A stretch of 64,000 nt of DNA. Origin: Ilumatobacteraceae bacterium (GTDB lineage Bacteria > Actinomycetota > Acidimicrobiia > Acidimicrobiales > Ilumatobacteraceae). The DNA lies in NCBI GenBank assembly GCA_963743825.1, contig CAVURC010000019.1:37858-101857 (forward strand), read 5' to 3'. The notes under the pieces are model-generated. The model saw only the letters and a program-made list of their open reading frames with translations. It was not told the DNA's origin and searched no databases. This document shows positions 1 to 10,480 of the stretch, piece by piece; position 1 is the stretch's first letter, and each line of letters begins with the position of its first letter. A program made the position numbers and the translations under genes.

Positions 1-246
1 CCGTCCGGCGCGATGGCGAGCCAGAGGTTCCCGCCGAACCTGATCGAACGGCACTCGATCGACGGTGCTGGGCTGACGCCGGCCACCAAGCTGCGCCCGC
101 CTGGCTTGTTGGAACTCGAGAACCTGTTGGCAGAGCATCTCGAGACGCGCGTGAGCGTGCAGATGTCGGCCAAGAAGGGTCGCGTGAGCATCGAGTTCGC
201 CGACCTGGAGGACCTCGAGCGCATCTACCGCGTCATCGTCGGCTGA
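1..246 (+). CDS. parB: ParB chromosome partitioning protein, C-terminal fragment (5' partial, frame open to window start)
   Basis: 77-aa tail ...LLELENLLAEHLETRVSVQMSAKKGRVSIEFADLEDLERIYRVI resembles the ParB C-terminal dimerisation region. It sits next to the cwlM/trxAB/sigM block as in mycobacteria. Confidence 0.55.
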   Translation, partial: PSGAMASQRFPPNLIERHSIDGAGLTPATKLRPPGLLELENLLAEHLETRVSVQMSAKKGRVSIEFADLEDLERIYRVIVG

Positions 247-475
247 GCAGACCTCGATGACGACATGAGGATGGTCATCCTCAGGTCGCGCGTGAGATCG
301 CGATCGACCGCACAGGTGAACGCGAAGCGTCACGGCCATGCTCCGTTCACCGGCCGTTCACCCACTCTCGGTGGTGATCTGCTCAACGTCTGGTCGAGAC
401 AAACCCACAAGCTGTGCGCAACACTGTGGATAAACACCACGTCTGTGCACGAGGCACCGTGTCGACGGCGGAACG

Positions 476-1372
476 TCAGCGGGTGTCGGGTGATTCGGGA
501 CGGCGGTCGGTCATCGGCGACGAGGCCCACGCGACAATGGCCATCACCAGCGCATTGGCAATGGCATCGGTGGCATCGACGACCTCGCGGACCGGCCCGA
601 GCGAACACAGCACGGCCGGCATCCGGGTTTCACGCAGGACCGCCAGGCGCATGCCGCGCAACTCCGGCGCGACGGTGAGGACGTCCTGCAGGCGTTCCGC
701 AGCTTGTGAGGCCAACGTGCGACCTCCGACTGATTCGAACGTGGGTACGCCAAAGTAGGAGATGATCGATCGTTTGTCCGATCTGGCCTCGAATCCGATG
801 TACAGCGTGGCACCGAACCGATTTGCTGCCGCTGCGTGGGCACCTGCCTCGTACTCGTCGGTCGAGATGACCGTGGCGCCGGCATCCCGAAGGGCACGAG
901 TCAGCGATCGGCTGATCGAGCTGAGCCCACCGAACTGACCCACGACGATGCGCAGCGTGCCCAGCGATGCGTGCGCGGTCATCGATTCGTTCTCACGCAC
1001 GACCGCAACCCCGGGCCCGGTGCCACTCTGGCGGCTGACGAGTTCGAGCATGCGCACGGTGTGGACGCCGCACACGCCGTCGACCACGAGACCGGAATTG
1101 CGTTGGAAATCCTCGAGCGCCCGCACCGTGGCGGGCCCCATGATGCCATCGGGGCGTCCGCAGTCGAACCCGAGGTGATTCAGCGCGGTCTGGAGCGTCG
1201 CGACGTCGTCACCGCGCAGTTGCGGCGCCCCGAGCAGGAGCAGGCGGTCGCCGAGGGTGAATCCGGCCTCCACCAACGTCAGCCAGGTCGGTTCGTCGCA
1301 TGTTCCACTCACGTGCAGGCCACGTTGGCGCTGGAATGTCGAGGTGGCGTCGCGCGTCGACGTGCCGAACAC
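476..1372 (-). CDS. N-acetylmuramoyl-L-alanine amidase (amidase_3 domain) with N-terminal peptidoglycan-binding domain; CwlM-like
   Basis: N-terminal PG_binding_1-like motif (LQTALNHLGFDCGRPDGIMGPATVRALEDFQ). C-terminal amidase_3 signature (ATLYIGFEARSD ... LAVLRETRMPAVLCSLG). Lies next to trxA/trxB as cwlM does in Mycobacterium. Confidence 0.75.
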   Translation of the reverse strand: MFGTSTRDATSTFQRQRGLHVSGTCDEPTWLTLVEAGFTLGDRLLLLGAPQLRGDDVATLQTALNHLGFDCGRPDGIMGPATVRALEDFQRNSGLVVDGVCGVHTVRMLELVSRQSGTGPGVAVVRENESMTAHASLGTLRIVVGQFGGLSSISRSLTRALRDAGATVISTDEYEAGAHAAAANRFGATLYIGFEARSDKRSIISYFGVPTFESVGGRTLASQAAERLQDVLTVAPELRGMRLAVLRETRMPAVLCSLGPVREVVDATDAIANALVMAIVAWASSPMTDRRPESPDTR

Positions 1373-1476
1373 GCCCGACTCGTCGCCGGTGGCGGGGAAC
1401 CCGGCGGCGCCAAGGCGCCGTTGGAGGTCGCGAACTGCTTCTCCACGCTGACCCTCGGTCAGCGGGAGCAGGTTCT

Positions 1477-1815
1477 TCAGGGTGAGGTCGTGAGGAATTC
1501 GTCGAGCTCCTGGAGCAGGGCGCCCTTGCTCTTGGCGCCGACGAGGCGTTTGGCCACCTCACCACCAGAGAACACGAGCAGCGTCGGAATGCTCATCACG
1601 TTGTACCGCATGGCGAGGTCGGGGTTGTCATCGACATTGAGCTTGGCAACGGTGAGCTGCTCGGATCGCTCGCCGGCGATCTCCTCGAGGATCGGGGCGA
1701 TCTGCTTGCACGGCCCGCACCACTCGGCCCAGAAGTCGACGATGACAGGCTTGTCGGAGCCGATGATGGTCTCGTCGAAGGTATTGGACGACAGATTCAC
1801 GATGCCGTTGGCCAT
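1477..1815 (-). CDS. trxA: thioredoxin
   Basis: WCGPCK active site. Start taken at MANGIV (ATG 1815) with a GAAAGGA RBS; the longer ORF to 1860 is an N-terminal over-extension. Confidence 0.9.
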   Translation of the reverse strand: MANGIVNLSSNTFDETIIGSDKPVIVDFWAEWCGPCKQIAPILEEIAGERSEQLTVAKLNVDDNPDLAMRYNVMSIPTLLVFSGGEVAKRLVGAKSKGALLQELDEFLTTSP

Positions 1816-1924
1816 TGGGGGTCCTTTCTCAGCACTGCCTGGTGGCAAGACTAGATGCACCTCGGGTCAACCGGTCGGTGACACAGAACATTCCCGCCCG
1901 CGGCGCCGCAGTTGGTGCCCCGCC

Positions 1925-2878
1925 TCAGTGGTGGACGTTGGCCTCGAGCCAGCGCTCGGCATCGATGGCCGCCATGCATCCCGATCCGGCCGCCGTGATC
2001 GCCTGGCGGTACACGTCGTCCTGCACGTCGCCGCACGCGAACACGCCGTCGACATCGGTGTACGACGAATCGTGCTTCGTCACCAGGTAGCCCGTTGTCG
2101 GGTCCAAGTCGAGCTGATCGATGAACAGGTCGGTGTTCGGACGGTGTCCGATTGCCACGAACAACCCGGTCACGGGCAGCGTCGAGACCGAGCCGTCGAC
2201 GGTGTTGGTGACCTCCACACCGCTCACGCTCGTCTCACCGAAGATCTCGGTGACCCGGGAGTTCCAGAGGAACTCGATCTTCGGGTTGGCGAGTGCGCGA
2301 TCCTGCATGATCTTCGAGGCACGCAACTCGTCGCGGCGATGGATGATGGTGACCTTGTCGGCGAATTTCGTGAGGAACGTCGCCTCTTCGATGGCCGAAT
2401 CGCCGCCGCCGACGACCGCAATCTCGTGCCCTCGGAAGAAGAAGCCGTCACAGGTGGCGCACGTCGACAATCCATGGCCGATGAGTCGCTGTTCGGCCTC
2501 GAGGCCGAGCATCAGTGACTGGGCGCCCGTGCTGACGATGACGGCGTTGGCCAAGTACTCGTCGTCGCGGATCCAGATCCGGAAGGGTCGCTGGGAGAAG
2601 TCGACCTTCGTCACCTTCTCGGTGATGATCTCGGTACCGAACCTCGTGGCCTGCGCGCGCATGTTGGCCATCAGGTCGGGGCCCATGATGCCGTCGGGGA
2701 AGCCCGGGAAGTTCTCGACCTCGGTCGTCAGCATGAGCTGGCCGCCGGGTTGATCGCTGGTACTCGACGGTTCACCCTCGATGAGCAGGGGCGACAGGTT
2801 GGCTCGGGCGGTGTAGATCGCTGCGGTCAGGCCGGCAGGGCCCGATCCGATGATGATGACGTCACGGACGTCGGCCAT
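1925..2878 (-). CDS. trxB: thioredoxin-disulfide reductase
   Basis: IIIGSGPAGLTAAIY FAD motif, CATCDG redox-active site, and NAD(P)H motif GGGDSA. Confidence 0.9.
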   Translation of the reverse strand: MADVRDVIIIGSGPAGLTAAIYTARANLSPLLIEGEPSSTSDQPGGQLMLTTEVENFPGFPDGIMGPDLMANMRAQATRFGTEIITEKVTKVDFSQRPFRIWIRDDEYLANAVIVSTGAQSLMLGLEAEQRLIGHGLSTCATCDGFFFRGHEIAVVGGGDSAIEEATFLTKFADKVTIIHRRDELRASKIMQDRALANPKIEFLWNSRVTEIFGETSVSGVEVTNTVDGSVSTLPVTGLFVAIGHRPNTDLFIDQLDLDPTTGYLVTKHDSSYTDVDGVFACGDVQDDVYRQAITAAGSGCMAAIDAERWLEANVHH

Positions 2879-2938
2879 GGGGACTCCTCGAGTGCGTTGG
2901 GGGTTGGGAAGCGCGCAGTGGACGGACTGGCCGAGCGC

Positions 2939-3262
2939 TCAACTCGCGGCGGTGTTGCGCTTCTTGAACAGCCACACGCCGGCGATCGAGAAGACACCTC
3001 CGACAATGAAGTAACTCAGGTAGACGGCGCGTTCCCAGGTGGTGGCCAGTTCGAGCAGCGACTGCAATCCGCGCATCGCCATCACGAGCGCAATGGTGAG
3101 CGCGAACGCCCCGACGATCAGGGCGATCAGGCCGAAGACCACGCCGCGCGCCGCATAGACGAGGTTCTGCGTCGTCTTCGACCGCACCGTGTCGATGAAG
3201 CTGACGACGATGTCGGTGGTCTCGGTGGCCCAGTTCGGATCGGTGAGCGGATTTGCGGGCAT
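2939..3262 (-). CDS. small hypothetical membrane protein (2 TM helices)
   Basis: 107-aa ORF with two hydrophobic helices, sitting between trxB and the anti-sigma gene. Confidence 0.5.
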   Translation of the reverse strand: MPANPLTDPNWATETTDIVVSFIDTVRSKTTQNLVYAARGVVFGLIALIVGAFALTIALVMAMRGLQSLLELATTWERAVYLSYFIVGGVFSIAGVWLFKKRNTAAS

Positions 3263-3283
3263 GGCGGCGAGGTTAGCCGCCGC

Positions 3284-4120
3284 TCACGGAAGGCGCGCGC
3301 GGGCGACTTCGCGGCAGTCCGCCGCTTCGTACGCAATGGCCAGTTCACGGCTCTCGTCGACGCCGACGACCACGCTGGTGGTTCCGTATCGCGCCGGGCC
3401 GACGACGTAGTCGGCACCGAGGCACAACGGCCACTGTGCGGCGAGAATCGTCGCCTGCGAATCGGTGAGTCGGTCGTCGATCGATTCGCTGGTTGCGGCC
3501 GGCACCTCGGGGTCCTGCGGCGCACCGACGGCGTCGGAGGCGAAGATCCCGAGTTCCTCGGGCGTGTCGAGTTGCTCGAGTTCGGTCTCGGTCGGTGGCG
3601 CGGCATCGTTGATGCCGGTGTCGAGTTCGGCGCCGTCGGCGGCGGCGATCGCGGGACCCGGTGCTGACGGCGCCACCTCGTCGGCGACGATCGCGGTTTC
3701 GGCTTCGGTCGATTCGGCGAGCGCTGCGACCTCGGGTGCGCTGGTCACCTCGCTGGCCGATTGCGTCGCCGAGTCGTCGTCGGTGCCGGACGAGACGGTC
3801 TGCAAGACGATGCCACCGGCGAGCACGAGCACGAGGGCCGCTGCGGCACCCAGGAGCCGGCGATTCGTGTTCGGGCGTCGGCGCTCGGCGAGTGGGATGG
3901 GTGGTGCGGGCACTCGGTCCCACGCGTCGAGGGCATTCGCCAGCAGCGATTCGCGCACCGAGATCGACGACGGCTCGACGTCAGCGAGCAGCACGCGGAC
4001 GTAACGCAGCCGGTCGACTTCCACGAGCAGTGCCGGGTCGGCCTCGACACGGGCGCGCTCGTCGGCGGTCACGTCACCATCGAGGTACGCGCTCGCAAGC
4101 AGAGTCAGGTCGTCGTTCAT
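3284..4120 (-). CDS. anti-sigma factor (membrane-anchored, non-ZAS)
   Basis: N-terminal anti-sigma domain (LLASAYLDGDVTADERARVEADPALL), one TM segment and an Ala/Asp-rich extracytoplasmic tail. Its start overlaps the sigma stop (ATGA). Confidence 0.7.
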   Translation of the reverse strand: MNDDLTLLASAYLDGDVTADERARVEADPALLVEVDRLRYVRVLLADVEPSSISVRESLLANALDAWDRVPAPPIPLAERRRPNTNRRLLGAAAALVLVLAGGIVLQTVSSGTDDDSATQSASEVTSAPEVAALAESTEAETAIVADEVAPSAPGPAIAAADGAELDTGINDAAPPTETELEQLDTPEELGIFASDAVGAPQDPEVPAATSESIDDRLTDSQATILAAQWPLCLGADYVVGPARYGTTSVVVGVDESRELAIAYEAADCREVARARLP

Positions 4121-4752
4121 GTGCGCTCTGTTGGACGTTCGTCGGAGGGCGGTTGGTTCCCGGGCTCTGATGAAATCGGCAGGTCGAGGTCGAGGCGGAG
4201 TCGTGCGGCGAGGGTGGCTCGGCCCCGCGAGATACGTGATTTCACGGTCCCCACCGGAATGTCGAGCACCTCGGCGATCTCGGAATAATCGAGGTGTGCG
4301 ACGTCGCGGAGCACCACCGCGGTACGGAGGTCGTCGGGAAGTTCGGCGAGGGCTTCGTCGAGGATCAGGCGATCGCCGACACCGTCGACGTCGTGAGTGG
4401 CACGGTCGTCGGCGCGTTCGATCGCGCCGTCGTCACCGTCGTCGAGCCTCGGTCGCCGGTCGCGTTTTCGAAGTTCGTCGAGCGAGGCGTTCGTGGCGAT
4501 GCGGTACGCCCAGGTACCGAACGACGATCGGCCATCGAAGCGTGGAAGGTTGCGGACGATCTTGATGAGCGCCTCTTGGCAGGCATCGTCGGCGTCACGG
4601 CTGCCTCCGGCGATGCGACGACAGACCGCGTGGATCCGGTCGTAGTGCGCCCGCAGCAGTTGGTCGAGCGCGTTCCTGTCACCGCCCTGCGCGGCGGCAA
4701 CCAGTGCCTTGTCGTCGAGATGTGTGGAGATGCTCGGAGCGTAACGAACCGC
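4117..4752 (-). CDS. ECF RNA polymerase sigma factor (SigM-like); start codon unresolved
   Basis: Sigma-70 region 2 (DDKALVAAAQGGDRNALDQLL...FGTWAYRIATNASLDE) and region 4 (DDLRTAVVLRDVAHLDYSEIAEVLDIPVGTVKSRISRGR). No ATG/GTG/TTG between the upstream in-frame TGA (4753-4755) and region 2. Confidence 0.8.
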   Translation of the reverse strand, partial: AVRYAPSISTHLDDKALVAAAQGGDRNALDQLLRAHYDRIHAVCRRIAGGSRDADDACQEALIKIVRNLPRFDGRSSFGTWAYRIATNASLDELRKRDRRPRLDDGDDGAIERADDRATHDVDGVGDRLILDEALAELPDDLRTAVVLRDVAHLDYSEIAEVLDIPVGTVKSRISRGRATLAARLRLDLDLPISSEPGNQPPSDERPTERT

Positions 4753-6534
4753 TCAGTTCACGATGGCGATCTCACCGAGGCGTCCGCGATAGGGATTGGC
4801 GGTGGTGCAGGTGGCATCAGGGCCGAGTTCCTTGAGCATGATGAACATGTGGCGCGCCGGGGCGGGCGGGACGGCCGACGTGACCGTGCCCGTCTCGTCG
4901 GCAAACTGAGTGGCACCGAGTTCCGGCCCCCAGTCGCCGATGTTCGCCGGGATGGTCTCGGCGTCCGACGCGAAGAACGTCACCTGATAGGGCGCCGTCT
5001 GGAGATCGACCTGGAGCGCCTTCTGCATGGGAGCGTCGAAGGTGACCACCAGCCCCACGCCTCCCTTGCCGCCGAGGTACTTCGAGGAGTAGCACACGGT
5101 CCCCCACGACGTTGCCGGGTTGCCATCTGCAGTGGCGAACACGGCGTCACCGTCGTTCTCGCTGCCGTCACCGTCGGGGTCGTAGGCAGTGATGGTCGCG
5201 ATGGCGGTGCCGACGACCGCGGGTGGGGTGCTGCCGGCCGGTGCGGCAACGCTGCCCGCAGGGACCGCAGGCGTCGAGGCGACCGATTCGCCGCCACCGA
5301 ACTCCAAGTTGGCCCACAGCAGTGCACCGACACCGATGGCGGCGACGAGCAGCACCGCGACCACGGTGAAGGCCGGCTTCCACTCCTGGGTGAGTCCACG
5401 CGCCGGTTTGCCCCGAAGGTCGGCACCGCCCGGAGGGGTGAGTTCGTCATGGGCGCCGAGGGCGGCGAACGGGGTCGCGGTCGTCGTGGTCACCATCGGC
5501 GTGGTGCCGGTGTGGCCGACCTCGCCGGGGATCGCGCCGACGGTCGGCGCACCGGTCGGGGGGGTACTGGTTGCACGAACCCGATCGGATGCCCGGCCGA
5601 CCACGTCGGAGGGAGCGCGACGCAGGCGGCGCCCGCCGAACGGCGCCACGGGCGAGCGCTCGTAGGGGGTCGGATCGATCGCAGGCGGCCCCTCCTTCGC
5701 GGCGTCGCGCAGCGTGCTGACCAGCTCGGCCCCCGATGCCGGGCGTTGTGCGGGGTTGCGGGCGAGCAACTGGTGGATGACGATCACGAGCTTGGTGGGC
5801 AGCGTGGCGCGCAGACGCGTGAGGTCGGTGGGGTCGCGCTGCAGCCGGGCGAGTGCCGTGTCGGCGTCGGTCTCACCGAGGAACGGCACCCGGCCGGCCA
5901 GGCACTCGTACAGCACGAGTCCGAGCGAGTAGAGGTCGGCACGGCCGTCGAGCTTCTTGCCGCGCACCTGCTCGGGTGACAGGTACTTGGCGGTGCCCAT
6001 CATGATGTTGTCGCTGGTCAGGTCGGCTTCGGCCGACTGCAGACCCTTGGCGATGCCGAAGTCGGTCAGGAGCACCCGCCCGTCGGAGGTCATCATGATG
6101 TTGCCGGGCTTGACGTCGCGGTGCACGAAACCCGCAGCGTGGGCGTGGTCGAGCGCCGCGGCCACACAGGTGCCGATGTGACAGGTGAGTTCCGGACTCA
6201 GCCGCTTCTGGGTGTCGAGGACCTGGCGCAGGCTCTTGCCCTCCACCAGTTGCATCACGACTGCCTGGCGGCCGTCCTGCTCGAACACGTCGTGCACGGC
6301 GACGATGTTGGGATGGTTGAGGCTCGCCGCCGCGATGGCTTCACGTCGGAATCGTTCGGCCACCACGGGGTCGGTGGCCAACGAGGGCTTCAGCCATTTC
6401 ACGGCGACCTTGCGGTCGAGCGTGAGGTCGACCGCGAGCCACACTTCGGCCATGCCGCCCTGGGCGAGCATGCGTTGGAGTTCGTAGCGGTGCGCGATGA
6501 CCGTCGAGGTGGGTGGCGGAGCCGCAGCGGACAT
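4753..6534 (-). CDS. Ser/Thr protein kinase, membrane-anchored with extracytoplasmic C-terminal domain
   Basis: Hanks kinase motifs: VAVK, HRDVKPGN, DFG, SPE. One TM segment follows a Pro/Thr-rich linker, then an ~200-aa C-terminal domain. Confidence 0.85.
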   Translation of the reverse strand: MSAAAPPPTSTVIAHRYELQRMLAQGGMAEVWLAVDLTLDRKVAVKWLKPSLATDPVVAERFRREAIAAASLNHPNIVAVHDVFEQDGRQAVVMQLVEGKSLRQVLDTQKRLSPELTCHIGTCVAAALDHAHAAGFVHRDVKPGNIMMTSDGRVLLTDFGIAKGLQSAEADLTSDNIMMGTAKYLSPEQVRGKKLDGRADLYSLGLVLYECLAGRVPFLGETDADTALARLQRDPTDLTRLRATLPTKLVIVIHQLLARNPAQRPASGAELVSTLRDAAKEGPPAIDPTPYERSPVAPFGGRRLRRAPSDVVGRASDRVRATSTPPTGAPTVGAIPGEVGHTGTTPMVTTTTATPFAALGAHDELTPPGGADLRGKPARGLTQEWKPAFTVVAVLLVAAIGVGALLWANLEFGGGESVASTPAVPAGSVAAPAGSTPPAVVGTAIATITAYDPDGDGSENDGDAVFATADGNPATSWGTVCYSSKYLGGKGGVGLVVTFDAPMQKALQVDLQTAPYQVTFFASDAETIPANIGDWGPELGATQFADETGTVTSAVPPAPARHMFIMLKELGPDATCTTANPYRGRLGEIAIVN

Positions 6535-6601
6535 GACTGGGAGCGAACGCTAGCGGTGGCGGTGGCGGCGGTGGGGTCAATCCGACGCCTCGGCCGAGAC
6601 G

Positions 6602-7475
6602 TCAGGCGGGCGTGACCTGGAAGGCGACACCGATCGTTCCGCGGCCACCGTGGGTACCGATGACCGGGCCGATCTCGCCGACGACGATCTCTGCGGGATA
6701 GTGCTCTGCGAGCAACTCGACGAACAGGTCGACATCACTGCAGTCGGCGTGCATCACGGCGAGGTTCTCGATGTTGCCGTCGTAGCTCGTGACCTTGTCG
6801 ACCAGATACGACAGCGCCTTCGATCGGGTCCGTTGCTTGCCGGCCTGTTCGACGACTCCGCCGGTGACCTCGATGATCGGCTTGATCGACAGCGCAGTCG
6901 CCAGCATCGCCTTGGCGTTGCCGATGCGGCCACCCTTCTTGAGGTTGTCGAGTGTGTCGAGGGCCCCGAAGACGCGGGTGCGGTCGACCAGGTCGTGGGC
7001 GAGACGTTCGATGTCGTCGATGCCGTCGCCGTCGGTGGGCGGCGCGTGCGCAGGCGATGGCGATGGTGCCGAGGCCCATCGTGATCGTTCGGCTGTCGAC
7101 GACGCGCACGTCGAGGTCGATCGATTCGTCGGCGGCAATCGTTCGAGCGGCGAGCTGCGCAGATTGCATCGTGGCCGACAGCGCCGACGACAACGAGACG
7201 ACGAGCACGCTGCGCGCACCGTTGGCCGCAGCGTCACGGTAGACCAGTTCGTACTGGCCGGGGGCCGGCGCAGCGGTTTCGGGCAGTGTCGGAGAGTTGA
7301 CACATCGTGACCAGAACTCGGCGGTGGAGAGTTCCTCGCGGTCGACGAATTCCTCGTCGCCGAAACGGATCGTCAGCGGCACGATGACGATGCCGAGGTC
7401 GTCGGCGATCGATGCGGGGAGGTCACACGAGCTGTCGGTGACGATGACGACATCGTTGGAGTGCTGGGGGCTCAT
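6602..7475 (-). pseudogene. DegV family fatty-acid-binding protein, frameshifted near 7040-7050
   Basis: N-terminal DegV portion is in frame 7475 (MSPQHSNDVVIVTDSSCDLP...GLGTIAIACARAA). The C-terminal portion (DGDGIDDIERLAHDL...LKKGGRIGNAK...) is in frame 7303. Confidence 0.65.
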
Positions 7476-7481
7476 GGGGCG

Positions 7482-9672
7482 TCAGATTCTACTGCGCGCG
7501 CCGTTGGATGGCGGTCGCGTCCGTCGTCGTCGACCACGCGCTCGTCGCTTGGAACGCCAGTGCGAGAACCACCAGGTGAGCAGCACGAGGATGAACCCCC
7601 CGGTCAGGAGCTGGCCGAGCCCGGTGAAGCCCGTGACCCGCGAGGTCAGCGTGACCGGCTCGTCGATCGTGTCGCCTGCCGGCGTGGTGACCGTGAGGGT
7701 GATCGACGACGTGCCATTCGCGCGGGCCTCGACCGGAACGACGATCGTGGTTTCGTCGTTGGGGCGCAGGGTCACCTCCTGGTCGCCGTCGGGGAACTCG
7801 ACTTTCGACGACTCGAGGCGCATCGTCACGTTCAGCGGCTCGTTGCTGGAGTTGCCGAGCTGAATCTCGATCGTGCCGTTGCGGCCGGTCAGGGTGAACG
7901 TGAACGGCTCGGGCAGTTCGACGGCGTTCTCCAGCGCGTCGGCCTGAGCGACGAGTGCAGTCGTCGCCGCCTCGACGTCGGCATCGCTGTAGGCCGTCGA
8001 GATCAGTGCGTCGAGTTCGTTCGCCCACTCGGTCGGCCGGGGGTCGTCCGGCGGCAGCATCGACGCGACGCCGATCATTCGAGTTGCGGTCGCGTCGATC
8101 AACGCAACACGTTGGGAGAGTGACGGCCCGGCGACGTCGGGGAGTTCGACCGTCGACCGGCGCGCCGCCGTCGAGTTGTGTGTCGGTCACCCCGATGAGC
8201 GACGACGCAGCGGTGAAGCGCAGCGACGGCGTGGTCGCGACGAGGTCCTCCAGTCCGGCCAGGAGACGGGCGTCAGGTGTGGCGAGGTCGGGTGTCGTGA
8301 GGATCAAGCTGCGTTGGGCGGGTGGGCCGATGCGTTCCGTGTCGGCCTCGGCGCGGTCGATGAGGATCGTCGCTGCGGTCTGCACCGACCATTCGGTGGC
8401 CGTCGAGGTGGCCAGGATGTCGTCGGCGCCGGCCGGTGTGAGCTGCAGCGAGAGGGCGTCGACGATCAGGATCGGCAGTGTCCCACCGTCGGGGAGTTCG
8501 GCGTCGACGAAGAGATCGGTGTCGGGAAGCTGCGAACTCACCGTGTCGCGGTACAACTCGGCCGGCATCACCACGAAGCGGACGCCGAGATCGCGCAACT
8601 GCTGGGCACCTCCGGCGCTGAGCGCGTCGGTGGTGATCCACACGGTGCGCACGGCAGCCGCGGTGGGAACTGCCGCGGTCAGCAGTTCCTCACCGGCGTT
8701 GACCAGTCGGGTGTAGGTCTCGGCGCGTCCGGCCGCGACGGCCGACGAGACGTCGAGCGGCACGACCGGGAGCGCGACGAGTTCGTCACCTTCGAGCGCG
8801 GCGGCGAGGCGCTCGGCCCCCGCTGGTGTCGCCGCCACCTCTGCCACGAGCGTCGGCGGGACCTCGAGGGTGACTGGTGCGTCGAGCGTCGCCGCGAGGT
8901 CGACGGCTTCGTCGAGGGCTGTCTGGGCGGCTGCGCGTTCGGCCGAGGTTGCTCGTGGTGACGGTGAGGGGGTCACTGCGACGACGGACAGATCGATGGG
9001 TGGCGCCGGCGTCTCGGTCGGTCCCGGCAGTCGCTGCACGATGGTGCCGGCGGTGGCGATGATGTTGTCGTCGCGTGGATCACCGGTCTTGAGCTGCACG
9101 CGCAGGGGGTAGAGGCCTGGACGTTCGAACTTGAGCCGCTGCTCGACGCTGTCGACGACGTCGGTCTGGATCTCGAGTGTGAACTCGACGGATCCGTCGT
9201 CGCCGACTGTCGCACGTTCGCGGAGGTCGGTGATGGCGACGCCGTCGATGGCGCCGGTGAACGCGGTGGGGTCGACATCGCTGCCCACGAGCTCGTCGAC
9301 GTCGGCGCTGTTCGTGAGGGGCAGATAGTTCGTCACCTCGATCGTGAGCGGGATCGGCTCGGGAGCGTCGGGGGGCGTGCTGGTGTCGGCGGTGGTGTCG
9401 ACCGGTGCCTCGACCACCTCGTCGACCACTGCGGGCTGCACGGCGAGTTCGAGTGCATCGTCTGCGACGCCGACGAGCCGGTATCGAAGCTGGATGACTC
9501 CATCGGGTTCGAACGCGAAGCTCTGGCCGACGAGTTCGAGGCGTGGGGTCGTCGGCGTCACCTGAGTGGTTCGTCCGGTCGAGGCGTCGACGTTGCCGGA
9601 CAGCGTGAGCGCGGCGAGCACCACGACCGCTGATCCGAGCCCACGACACGACGATGCAGAGATCGGTCTCAT
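7482..9672 (-). pseudogene. large secreted/membrane-anchored protein (Rv3909-like), frameshifted near 8100-8160
   Basis: Starts MRPISASS with a signal peptide (ATGA overlap with the GNAT stop). The real C-terminus (TM anchor LLTGGFILVLLTWW plus basic tail) is in the other frame (ORF 7482..8102); the main frame degenerates into an Arg-rich tail. Confidence 0.6.
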
Positions 9673-10401
9673 CGCAGCGATCGTTCGAGGATCGTCAGGC
9701 GCTCCGGTCGTTCGATGAAGCCGAGCGATCGATAGAGGGCGAGCGCGGCGGTGTTGTCGGTTGCGGTGTTGACGAGCACCCGCTCGACGTTGCGCCGTCG
9801 CATCCAGTCGAGCGCATCGGCGACGAGGAGGCGGGCCAGCCCACGCCGTCGTGCGGAGGGCATCGACCGCGAGGCGCTGTACATAGCCCCACGTCGATGC
9901 TCGACCGCTGATCGAGAACGCCACCATCTGCCCGTCGTGGTGGACGCACCGGGCGCGGTATCGCGGCGTGGCGGTGACGATGTCGTGCAGTGCGGCAGCG
10001 TTGTTCGCCCACGGCGCCGGGAAGGCGTGTCGGTCGACGATCGCCGCGTCGTCGAGTTGCGACGGACGAAGCCGACGAAGCCGTGCGGCCGGCTGGTCGT
10101 GGTTGCGAGCCGTCGCGTCCGTCGCGTCCGCCGTGACGGTCAGATCGTCGAGTTCGAGGAGGCTGAGCGTGTCGATGACCTCGAAGCCGGCAGCGAGGAA
10201 CGCCGGGGCGGAGGACGGGAACAGGGCACCGGTGCGCAGCGTGGCGGCACCCTGCGCACGTGCGTCGGCGACCCACGACTCGACATGGTTCCGGTCGGGC
10301 ACCATGTGATGATCGAGCAGCACGAGATGCGCGACGTCGGCGTTGTCGGGCCATCGACCGAGACGAGCCCGGACGGGATGTTCGGCCGCCGTCGTGTTCA
10401 C
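9669..10401 (-). pseudogene. GNAT family N-acetyltransferase, frameshifted near 9868
   Basis: N-terminus in frame 10401 (...STWGYVQRLAVD). GNAT motif A and C-terminus (PSARRRGLARLLVADALDWMRRRNVERVLVNT...) in frame 9884. Confidence 0.6.
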
Positions 10402-10480
10402 GGCACTGAAGGTACTCGCACGAGTGAATGCGGCGACCGCACGGCGCCGGACGCGTCCGCGCCCGTCGTAGCCTGACGAC

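Noticed and set aside
836-2518. 560-aa plus-strand ORF spanning cwlM, trxA and trxB
   Set aside because: Antisense to three well-supported genes. Arg/Ala-rich low-complexity translation typical of the wrong frame in GC-rich DNA.
4294-5979. 561-aa plus-strand ORF
   Set aside because: Antisense to the Ser/Thr kinase.
4117-6534. Kinase-sigma factor translational fusion via TGA readthrough
   Set aside because: The kinase C-terminus follows a TM helix and is predicted extracytoplasmic, which is incompatible with a cytoplasmic sigma factor. A non-canonical start or sequence error is more parsimonious. The in-frame abutment is kept as a finding.
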